64,000 bases of DNA from Auanema rhodensis. Its lineage: Eukaryota > Animalia > Nematoda. The notes under the pieces were generated by a model. The model saw only the letters and a list, made by a program, of their open reading frames with translations, did not search any database and was not told the origin of the DNA. Positions within the stretch are counted from its first letter, which is position 1. Each line of letters begins with the position of its first letter. Location of the stretch: the NCBI GenBank assembly GCA_964057225.1, contig OZ059899.1, positions 16,864,001-16,928,000 of the forward strand. Reading direction: 5' to 3'. Shown piece by piece: positions 1 to 11,200 of the stretch. The position numbers and the translations under genes are program-made.

Positions 1-547
1 GGTATAAATCCAAAACGTAGGTCTGCATCTAGCTTGTATACGCTACTACAATGTCTAGGTTAGCTGAAGCACACTTTAAACTATCTAGAATATACTAACT
101 CGTGTATAGATACATTTAGAGAGTATCAATTACTGTAAGATAATCAGATAATTTTTACAAACAAACAGAAACGAATAAAAAAACGAGGAATAACAAAATG
201 AAGTAAAACAAATTTGAGACTATTCAGAGAATAACCGATTAATGTGTCACTCGAAATACCAAAGGTATTGACACAAAGCCTTGTGTGAATTTATAAAAAA
301 ATCTTCTGGCTAAATGAATGAAAAGTAATAAACACTCATTAAAACGAACATGTACAGAATGCGAAAGTGTGCGATTGGCTAAACCACAACACATAATGAT
401 ATAGTTATAAAAGTGTCAGCAGTTGTCCCGGGAAAATAAAGAATTTGACTGTAAAAGGGATGAAAATATCCAACAAGATGCGACAGATGATTTAACATCA
501 GAATAAATAATTGGAATTTAATTGTGCGTCTAGGAAATGTATACAGA

Positions 548-2980
548 TTAAACAACAGGGACAGCAATCCACTGGCAAGTATTGCGTGGTAAATACACCA
601 AAGTTGACTTTGGTGTATGTCCATCCATAACAGGGCCACCAAGAGCACAGAGAGAAACCTAAAAGTTGTTCAGGTATAAACAAGCAATAGTTTTAAGTTG
701 AAACGTAATTGATGAGAATAAATAAATACTTACATGAAATGCGAGTTGATCAATCATGCCAAGTGTCATTTTACGATCATGTGTCATCAAGCATACAGTT
801 GATTCTTGAATTATCCTATGTAAAAGCATAAGAAAGTCATATTTGTTTTGTCCGACAGCCAATAATGATGACTGGGCTTGTGAAGCTGAAGTTTCAGAAT
901 CATTATCATCACCACTGCTTATCCACTGAAAATATTCGAAAAGTTTGTAAATTGAACTTATTTGATGAATCTGATTTTCTCATTCTTAGAAATAACATTA
1001 TTCTCATTATGCATATATTCTATATCCAGAAACCCATAAATTCAGAAAAGTAGAAATAAAATAATATTAAATCGAACAAAATACAAAACCATATTTCAAA
1101 CACTTCAATTGTGCTTCATGGAACATTGTCAACATTCATAGAATAATAATAATATATTAGGACAACTGTTTCAATATAAAATAATAAACATGGCTAATGC
1201 GCTTGCTCAATGTATAGCAATTGTTTAAATATTTCTACATTGTTGAGCATATGGTTTAATGTTTAATATAACGTTTTATGATAAAAAATCGTTTGAATAG
1301 GCCTAAGATAGAGAATTTAGTAGTATTTTATTTATATTTTACTTTAAGTATTATTAACAATATTTCTTTGTTTGAGTTTTTTAATTTTTTTAAAAGGGTG
1401 TGGCAATAGCAAAATGATTAGAATAGTACTTCCAAATCTAGAAATCTAGTTTGATTTGAGTTAAACATCCCTGGGTATACATCTAATATAGATTCTTAGT
1501 TCTAACTCAATTCTTTAGAAATGTACAACCTAGCTATGGAATAAAACTTTGCAAATTTGATTTTTAAGAATAATTCATCAGAGCGGGAAGAAAGAGAAAA
1601 CGTACATGATCATAGCTACTCCCAAAGTGATTGTCTAGATAACTTCGAAGCTTTTGTTCTTGAGAGGAAATATCAGGAAAATCTATGAAGAAACGGGAGC
1701 ACATATATCTGAGAATTTTTATTTTATTTTATTATGAAAATGTAGGATACCTTTCCAATTGACGACATTTATGAGGTCTAGCTGCTCGATATCCTCGTAG
1801 TAACAAATGACAATATTTCAAAAGACCTCCACCTCGAATTTCTTCGGGTCGTCTTGTATCAATAAGACGTTCGTGAAGATGCGATAAGGCCTGAAATATT
1901 ATTTAAGAATTACAATCTAGAAATGTTTTTAAATGAATGTTTCGTTTCAGTGTTTACACAATATTACTCTCAAAAGAGCTGGCTTATACATATAATCAAT
2001 ATGCAGATTATTCTAGAATCTATAATCATTATCAAGACACAATGAGTTGTCATGATCACATACATAGCTTATAAAATACTTTATGCAATTTATATGTTGA
2101 ATATCAACAACAATAATTTAAGCCACTCAACACACTTGATGTTTTTAAAAAAACGAACCTGATGAAAGTCTCCATACTTGCTTTCAACTTTAACAGTTGG
2201 ATTGTCCCAGCCATACTCAACTAACAATGAATCCAATGTAATTTGGAAACTATCCACGGAGAATTCGAATTGTCTCTTCATACGATCAACGAATTTGAGT
2301 TCAATGCAACGTCCAAAATCATTGTGAAGGGTGAAAAGAGACCATCGATCATCTTCGCCACCAACCTATATGTTTACCATAAGAAATTCAATTAACAAAA
2401 AGTAATCTGACTTTCACCATCTTTCTAACATAGACATCCTTCAAAGTATCTGCGTCAATTTTGGACTTGTTGGCTGTTCCGGGCATAAGATCAGCAATGG
2501 TGGCAAAGACTGCATCACGAACCTAAATCACGATGTGAATTGATAATGTAAACATGTCCCACCTTATTAAAGCTATCTTCATTTTCTACTTTCATATCAA
2601 ATATAAGGTCCAAATCAGAATAAGTAAAGTCATGTACTGAAACTACATATGATGCAGCGCCGCCATTAATTTTTACATGTTGAGGAGCGATGCCTGATTC
2701 ACTAAAATATATTGATTCATGAGTAGTAATATTCTTTATATTTTGAAATCACGTACCATAGTTTTTGCTTCAAATGTCTTACAATAGTAATGAGAGGAGT
2801 AGATATCGTAGGAAAATTCCCTCGCCCATGAATATCAACCTTTTCGTTCAACACAGATCGAAGACGATCAATCTGAACTTTCGGTATATTCGTACACAAT
2901 AAAAGATACTAGTAACTGACCTGGCTACGTGTTAGCTCAGAAGTGCTACTGGTAGTAGGATATTCATTGTTTGTTGTCAT
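548..2980 (-). CDS. tent-5: TENT5/FAM46-family terminal nucleotidyltransferase (non-canonical cytoplasmic poly(A) polymerase), 9 coding exons, 392 aa
   Basis: Manual splicing on the minus strand, all introns GT..AG with frame kept. Exons: 2980-2921, 2872-2757, 2701-2563, 2522-2412, 2365-2159, 1890-1751, 1708-1606, 925-734, 658-548 (1179 nt, TAA at 550-548). The translation has the FAM46 motifs in the expected order: IHGRGNFPT; [11 protein letters not shown]...YSDLDLIF (G[GS] and DxD); [12 protein letters not shown]...DRWSLFTL; [28 protein letters not shown] (third acidic residue); [13 protein letters not shown]; [13 protein letters not shown]...YLDNHF; KYDFLMLLH...ESTVCLM. ORF-track entries 2717-2899, 2090-2281 and 659-862 are pieces of this gene. 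The start codon and the exon-8 acceptor are the least certain points. Confidence 0.95.
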
Positions 2981-2994
2981 TTTCAATTTGAAAA

Positions 2995-3010
2995 ACCAGC
3001 TAAAACAGAA
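2995..3010 (-). promoter_or_regulatory. Candidate 3' splice or SL trans-splice acceptor 19 nt upstream of the tent-5 ATG
   Basis: The minus strand reads TTCTGTTTTAG|CTGGTTTTTCAAATTGAAA-ATG (AG at 3001-3000), close to the nematode TTTTCAG acceptor consensus. It could be a trans-splice site or the acceptor for an unidentified upstream exon. Confidence 0.45.
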
Positions 3011-3697
3011 ATATTGAAGCTGAATATTGATTTGGCGTCTCAAGTAAATCAAAAGTGGCAACGAAAAGACGAATCAATAGCATTTTCCTGATAAACTGTG
3101 GAAAAGAAAAGAGATGGGCAACGTACTGCTGCAGATGTACATTGCTTTTGAGACAGCGTCGGGTAGAATAAAGAATGAGAACAACTGATGTTTCTTATCA
3201 AACATGTAAAAAAACAGTTTTGCGATAAAAAAAAGCATTCGAATATATATAAAACAACAAATGTAGAAGAAAAATAAAAAAATAAATTATTGTAATAATT
3301 TGAAATTCCCATTTTATCATATGATTAAAATTTGTAAAAAGATTTTAGGAAAATATATTGAGTTAAATTACTATGATAAACACCGTTAAAAGAGGCATTT
3401 ATTCGCTCAATACCCATATTACAGAAAAAACAAACTGACATGGCTAAAACGAAACACGGACGTAGTTTTCAGTCTATTCCTGGGCTAGGCAAAGCCTCTT
3501 GAGACCCCGCCCTCAATCGTCAGCAGAATTTTTCTAGTCATCTGCCTACTCTCGCATACATTCAGTATCTCATCTGTTTTCTCGTATATAGCTGGCTTTC
3601 TTCTGCCAATGCTCTCTAACTGCCTCTTTTGCTCTCATTGTATTTCACCATATTCAGCTCCTGGGCAGCAGCCCCAACACTTTTCATCCCACGCAAG

Positions 3698-3980
3698 TGA
3701 CGTCATTTACTCTGCATCTATAGCTAGATGTGTATATATTTCTTTTTAGATTGCTTGATGCCTTCTCTCCTGTTCGCTGCTCTGTGTCACTGAATGATAT
3801 CATGCGAATATTCAACAACTGCTCAGCGAAATCGAAAGCGGGACAAAGCATCATGACGTCATGCTGCTTTTGGAGCTACTATAAGCTTCGTCTACTTATC
3901 ATCTAAATGAGCCAATAGTTCGCCATACACAGAGTATGCGAGATGCATGATGAAATGCACGTCATTGTAATGTGACGTCA
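3698..3980. promoter_or_regulatory. Cluster of CRE/ATF (bZIP) sites upstream of tent-5
   Basis: Perfect TGACGTCA at 3698-3705, 3854-3861 and 3973-3980, plus ACGTCA at 3959-3964. They lie 0.7-1.0 kb upstream of the ATG in a locally GC-richer stretch that does not look coding. I found no other full TGACGTCA in the unique region or in the satellite monomer. Confidence 0.65.
3845..3870. repeat. 26-bp near-perfect palindrome centred on a CRE site
   Basis: AAAGCATCATGACGTCATGCTGCTTT: 12 of 13 symmetric pairs are complementary; the only mismatch is T3851/C3864. Confidence 0.85.
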
Positions 3981-6900
3981 TATTTTTTTCGAAAACAACA
4001 TTCTTAATTAACTTATTACAAAAAGATCTAGAAAAAAAGAGAGGAGATTGTTTCGAAACAAGAGAAAGTCTGTCGATGAGAAATGGTTGTGAAGAAAGAA
4101 GAGACAAGGAAATACATGCAATGAAGAATGAGCTCTTTAACAAGTTTAACATATTCGAAGGAAACAAAATGAATAATTTATTAGGACTAAATTCAAGAAA
4201 TAATTTTTAGGGAAAGGAAAAAAAGTAAAAAATAGCGGATAGAAATTGTGGTCATACAATGTCGTTTCTTGAGATGATATTATTTTTTTGTTTCTCTCAC
4301 CAATAATATATAATTATTGAAAAAAAATAGCACCACATGTATCTTTATATGAGAAAAGTAATCTTAAAATAAACTTAAATTATGAAATGAAAATATTAAT
4401 AAAACATATGTAACTATCTATATCTAAGCATTCCTACATCATCGACCTTTGACGGGAAGATTGTCAAATATCACGAGACAAAACAAGGTGAGATGGAAAC
4501 ATAAACCCTCAAAAAGCAAAAAAAAACGTATGAAAAATATGATTGTGATAATATATAATAATGAAGAAAATAATAAATCAGATAATTGAATTCAACGATC
4601 ATTTTAAATAATATCATTCTCTTTTAGATAACAGATAAGAGGGTGGGGCAGCTTATCAACGTTGCAATCTTCTTCGAAAGATACATCCAATTCACTGAGT
4701 AAAAGATAAAACTTTATTATGAGAATTGTTAAATCATACGTTATACTGAATACTTCATATTTTGAAAATTTTAATTAAAGATTGAGTACTCTTCTCAAAA
4801 ACCGAAACATCACTCAGTTTTCTGAAAAAATATAAAATGTTGTCTGTGGATAGTTGTTTTAGTCAAACTATGCATGTAACATGTATATACACGTGTACCT
4901 TATTCTGATCATTTTATTTTTTAGAGATTATAATAAAGCTCATTATTATGTAATGATCAGATTTTAAGCAATCGAAGTTGGTAACAAATTTTGGTGACGG
5001 ATTATATTAATCTGTGATTGATACTTCCAAAACTGTATTACAACTATTCAGCCATTTTTTGGTTCATGAAACTAGATAAAATCTAAAATCTCTTTGAAAT
5101 TATATTAAATCGAAATTGGGACAATGAAGAAGGAAAATTCTAGAATGTTAGGTATAGTACTGCTATAGGATATTTTGAAACCATAAACAACGCATCTAAA
5201 AGTTAAGGAAAAGTTCAGTATTATTGTTAATTATTAGAAGAAGTTTTGAATTGGCTCAGCCTTAACAAAGATTAAATATGACCTGAAAATGTTCATTATA
5301 CCGTGTAAATATTTTCACATATGTTATTTTTCATGTAGTAACATTTTCTGATGGGGGATCTTCAGCATGAAACTAGAAAAAAATCGAAACATTTTTCAAT
5401 CGCTCCCAACCTACTTTGAAGTTTATGCTTTCTTGATGTGATTCAATAATATTATGTTTTTAGACTAATATGGACACGCGGAATTCAAATTTGAAAACAG
5501 TATCTCTTTATCTTTTACCGGAATTGAGTTACACAACATGTGCACACCACGTGTACGTTTAATTAGCATAAATTAAAGTTCACGTAAATTTCAAAGTCAT
5601 GGTTACCATGCACCAATATCAATAATATTATGTTTTTAGACTAATATGGACACGCGGAATTCAAATTTGAAAACAGTATCTCTTTATCTTTTACTGGAAT
5701 TGAGTTACACAACATGTGTACTTCACGTGTACATTTAATTAGCATAAATTAAAGTTCACGTGAATTTCAAAGTCATGGTTACCATGCACCAATATCAATA
5801 ATATTATGTTTTTAGACTAATATGGACACGCGGAATTCAAATTTGAAAACAGTATCTCTTTATCTTTTACCGGAATTGAGTTACACAACATGTGCACTTC
5901 ACTTGTACATTTAATTAGCATAAATTAAAGTTCACGTGAATTTCAAAGTCATGGTTACCATGCACCAATATCAATAATATTATGTTTTTAGACTAATATG
6001 GACACGCCGAATTCAAATTTGAAAACAGTATCTCTTTATCTTTCACGGGAAGCGAGTTACATACCATGTGCACTTCACTTGTACATTTAATTAGCATAAA
6101 TTAAAGTTCACGTGAATTTCAAAGGCATGGTTACCATGCACCAATATCAATAATATTATGTTTTTAGACTAATATGGACACGCGGAATTCAAATTTGAAA
6201 ACAGTATCTCTTTATCTTTTACTGGAATTGAGTTACACAACATGTGTACTTCACGTGTACATTTAATTAGCATAAATTAAAGTTCACGTGAATTTCAAAG
6301 TCATGGTTACCATGCACCAATATCAATAATATTATGTTTTTAGACTAATATGGACACGCGGAATTCAAATTTGAAAACAGTATCTCTTTATCTTTTACCG
6401 GAATTGAGTTACACAACATGTGCACTTCACTTGTACATTTAATTAGCATAAATTAAAGTTCACGTGAATTTCAAAGTCATGGTTACCATGCACCAATATC
6501 AATAATATTATGTTTTTAGACTAATATGGACACGCCGAATTCAAATTTGAAAACAGTATCTCTTTATCTTTCACGGGAAGCGAGTTACATACCATGTGCA
6601 CTTCACTTGTACATTTAATTAGCATAAATTAAAGTTCACGTGAATTTCAAAGGCATGGTTACCATGCACCAATATCAATAATATTATGTTTTTAGACTAA
6701 TATGGACACGCGGAATTCAAATTTGAAAACAGTATCTCTTTATCTTTTACCGGAATTGAGTTACACAACATGTGCACTTCACTTGTACATTTAATTAGCA
6801 TAAATTAAAGTTCACGTGAATTTCAAAGTCATGGTTACCATGCACCAATATCAATAATATTATGTTTTTAGACTAATATGGACACGCCGAATTCAAATTT

Positions 6901-8082
6901 GAAAACAGTATCTCTTTATCTTTTACCGGAATTGAGTTACACAACATGTGCACTTCACTTGTACATTTAATTAGCATAAATTAAAGTTCACGTGAATTTC
7001 AAAGTCATGGTTACCATGCACCAATATCAATAATATTATGTTTTTAGACTAATATGGACACGCCGAATTCAAATTTGAAAACAGTATCTCTTTATCTTTC
7101 ACGGGAAGCGAGTTACATACCATGTGCACTTCACTTGTACATTTAATTAGCATAAATTAAAGTTCACGTGAATTTCAAAGTCATGGTTACCATGCACCAA
7201 TATCAATAATATTATGTTTTTAGACTAATATGGACACGCGGAATTCAAATTTGAAAACAGTATCTCTTTATCTTTTACCGGAATTGAGTTACACAACATG
7301 TGCACTTCACTTGTACATTTAATTAGCATAAATTAAAGTTCACGTGAATTTCAAAGTCATGGTTACCATGCACCAATATCAATAATATTATGTTTTTAGA
7401 CTAATATGGACACGCCGAATTCAAATTTGAAAACAGTATCTCTTTATCTTTCACGGGAAGCGAGTTACATACCATGTGCACTTCACTTGTACATTTAATT
7501 AGCATAAATTAAAGTTCACGTGAATTTCAAAGTCATGGTTACCATGCACCAATATCAATAATATTATGTTTTTAGACTAATATGGACACGCGGAATTCAA
7601 ATTTGAAAACAGTATCTCTTTATCTTTTACCGGAATTGAGTTACACAACATGTGCACTTCACTTGTACATTTAATTAGCATAAATTAAAGTTCACGTGAA
7701 TTTCAAAGTCATGGTTACCATGCACCAATATCAATAATATTATGTTTTTAGACTAATATGGACACGCGGAATTCAAATTTGAAAACAGTATCTCTTTATC
7801 TTTTACCGGAATTGAGTTACACAACATGTGCACTTCACTTGTACATTTAATTAGCATAAATTAAAGTTCACGTGAATTTCAAAGTCATGGTTACCATGCA
7901 CCAATATCAATAATATTATGTTTTTAGACTAATATGGACACGCCGAATTCAAATTTGAAAACAGTATCTCTTTATCTTTTACCGGAATTGAGTTACACAA
8001 CATGTGCACTTCACTTGTACATTTAATTAGCATAAATTAAAGTTCACGTAAATTTCAAAGTCATGGTTACCATGCACCAATA

Positions 8083-8258
8083 TCAATAAAAATTTGTTTT
8101 TAGACTAATATGGACATGGGGAATCTAATTTTGAGAACTGCATCTCTTTATCTTTCACGTGAAGCGAGTTACATACCAAGTGCACATCACGTGTACATTT
8201 AATTAGCATAAATTAAAGTTCACGTGAATTTCAAAGTCATGGTTACCATGCACCAATA
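8083..8258. repeat. First copy of the divergent type-C monomer
   Basis: Linked substitutions: CAATAAAAATTTG, GGACATGGGGAATCTAATTTTGAGAACTGCATC, TTTCACGTGAAGCG, ACCAAGTGCACATCACGTG. Length is still 176 bp. Full type-C copies occur at 8-11 kb, are absent from about 11.3-23.7 kb, and recur from 23.7 kb to about 60 kb. Confidence 0.92.
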
Positions 8259-11200
8259 TCAATAATATTATGTTTTTAGACTAATATGGACACGCGGAAT
8301 TCAAATTTGAAAACAGTATCTCTTTATCTTTTACCGGAATTGAGTTACACAACATGTGCACTTCACTTGTACATTTAATTAGCATAAATTAAAGTTCACG
8401 TAAATTTCAAAATCATGGTTACCATGCACCAATATCAGTAAAAAATTGTTTTTAGACTAATATGGACATGGGGAATCTAATTTTGATAACTGCATCTCTT
8501 TATCTTTCACGTGAAGCGAGTTACATACCGAGTGCACACCACGTGTACATTTAATTAGCATAAATTAAAGTTCACGTGAATTTCAAAGTCATGGTTACCA
8601 TGCACCAATATCAATAATATTATGTTTTTAGACTAATATGGACACGCCGAATTCAAATTTGAACACAGTATCTCTTTATCTTCCACGGGAAGCGAGTTAC
8701 ATACCATGTGCACTTCACTTGTACATTTAATTAGCATAAATTAAAGTTCACGTGAATTTCAAAGTCATGGTTACCATGCACCAATATCAATAATATTATG
8801 TTTTTAGACTAATATGGACACGCGGAATTCAAATTTGAAAACAGTATCTCTTTATCTTTTACCGGAATTGAGTTACACAACATGTGCACTTCACTTGTAC
8901 ATTTAATTAGCATAAATTAAAGTTCACGTGAATTTCAAAGTCATGGTTACCATGCACCAATATCAATAATATTATGTTTTTAGACTAATATGGACACGCC
9001 GAATTCAAATTTGAAAACAGTATCTCTTTATCTTTTACCGGAATTGAGTTACACAACATGTGCACTTCACTTGTACATTTAATTAGCATAAATTAAAGTT
9101 CACGTGAATTTCAAAGTCATGGTTACCATGCACCAATATCAATAATATTATGTTTTTAGACTAATATGGACACGCCGAATTCAAATTTGAAAACAGTATC
9201 TCTTTATCTTTCACGGGAAGCGAGTTACATACCATGTGCACTTCACTTGTACATTTAATTAGCATAAATTAAAGTTCACGTGGATTTCAAAGTCATGGTT
9301 ACCATGCACCAATATCAATAATATTATGTTTTTAGACTAATATGGACACGCGGAATTCAAATTTGAAAACAGTATCTCTTTATCTTTTACCGGAATTGAG
9401 TTACACAACATGTGCACTTCACTTGTACATTTAATTAGCATAAATTAAAGTTCACGTGAATTTCAAAGTCATGGTTACCATGCACCAATATCAATAATAT
9501 TATGTTTTTAGACTAATATGGACACGCGGAATTCAAATTTGAAAACAGTATCTCTTTATCTTTTACCGGAATTGAGTTACACAACATGTGCACTTCACTT
9601 GTACATTTAATTAGCATAAATTAAAGTTCACGTGAATTTCAAAGTCATGGTTACCATGCACCAATATCAATAATATTATGTTTTTAGACTAATATGGACA
9701 CGCGGAATTCAAATTTGAAAACAGTATCTCTTTATCTTTTACCGGAATTGAGTTACACAACATGTGCACTTCACTTGTACATTTAATTAGCATAAATTAA
9801 AGTTCACGTGAATTTCAAAGTCATGGTTACCATGCACCAATATCAATAATATTATGTTTTTAGACTAATATGGACACGCGGAATTCAAATTTGAAAACAG
9901 TATCTCTTTATCTTTTACCGGAATTGAGTTACACAACATGTGCACTTCACTTGTACATTTAATTAGCATAAATTAAAGTTCACGTGAATTTCAAAGTCAT
10001 GGTTACCATGCACCAATATCAATAATATTATGTTTTTAGACTAATATGGACACGCCGAATTCAAATTTGAAAACAGTATCTCTTTATCTTTTACCGGAAT
10101 TGAGTTACACAACATGTGCACTTCACTTGTACATTTAATTAGCATAAATTAAAGTTCACGTAAATTTCAAAGTCATGGTTACCATGCACCAATATCAATA
10201 AAAATTTGTTTTTAGACTAATATGGACATGGGGAATCTAATTTTGAGAACTGCATCTCTTTATCTTTCACGTGAAGCGAGTTACATACCAAGTGCACATC
10301 ACGTGTACATTTAATTAGCATAAATTAAAGTTCACGTGAATTTCAAAGTCATGGTTACCATGCACCAATATCAATAATATTATGTTTTTAGACTAATATG
10401 GACACGCGGAATTCAAATTTGAAAACAGTATCTCTTTATCTTTTACCGGAATTGAGTTACACAACATGTGCACTTCACTTGTACATTTAATTAGCATAAA
10501 TTAAAGTTCACGTAAATTTCAAAATCATGGTTACCATGCACCAATATCAGTAAAAAATTGTTTTTAGACTAATATGGACATGGGGAATCTAATTTTGATA
10601 ACTGCATCTCTTTATCTTTCACGTGAAGCGAGTTACATACCGAGTGCACACCACGTGTACATTTAATTAGCATAAATTAAAGTTCACGTGAATTTCAAAG
10701 TCATGGTTACCATGCACCAATATCAATAATATTATGTTTTTAGACTAATATGGACACGCCGAATTCAAATTTGAACACAGTATCTCTTTATCTTTCACGG
10801 GGAGCGAGTTACATACCATGTGCACTTCACTTGTACATTTAATTAGCATAAATTAAAGTTCACGTGAATTTCAAAGTCATGGTTACCATGCACCAATATC
10901 AATAATATTATGTTTTTAGACTAATATGGACACGCGGAATTCAAATTTGAAAACAGTATCTCTTTATCTTTTACCGGAATTGAGTTACACAACATGTGCA
11001 CTTCACTTGTACATTTAATTAGCATAAATTAAAGTTCACGTAAATTTCAAAGTCATGGTTACCATGCACCAATATCAATAAAAATTTGTTTTTAGACTAA
11101 TATGGACATGGGGAATCTAATTTTGAGAACTGCATCTCTTTATCTTTCACGTGAAGCGAGTTACATACCAAGTGCACATCACGTGTACATTTAATTAGCA

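Noticed and set aside
379-683. ORF-track entries 379-648 and 498-683
   Set aside because: Alternative frames over the last tent-5 exon, its intron and the 3' UTR. The spliced frame ends at TAA 550-548.
865-1053. Plus-strand 62-aa ORF
   Set aside because: Antisense to tent-5 exon 8 and the adjacent intron, with no recognisable protein features.
1298-1306. TAGGCCTAA, back-to-back telomere-like half units
   Set aside because: A single short occurrence inside a tent-5 intron; there is no telomeric repeat tract in the window.
3049-4167. Minus-strand ORFs 3049-3312 and 3892-4167
   Set aside because: Phe/Ser/Leu-rich translations typical of T-rich non-coding DNA, with no motif. An upstream tent-5 exon in this region cannot be excluded without RNA data.
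5065-5377. 12-bp direct repeat CATGAAACTAGA (5065 and 5366) as a target-site duplication or MITE boundary
   Set aside because: No terminal inverted repeats seen inside and no transposase remnant; too little evidence to call an element.
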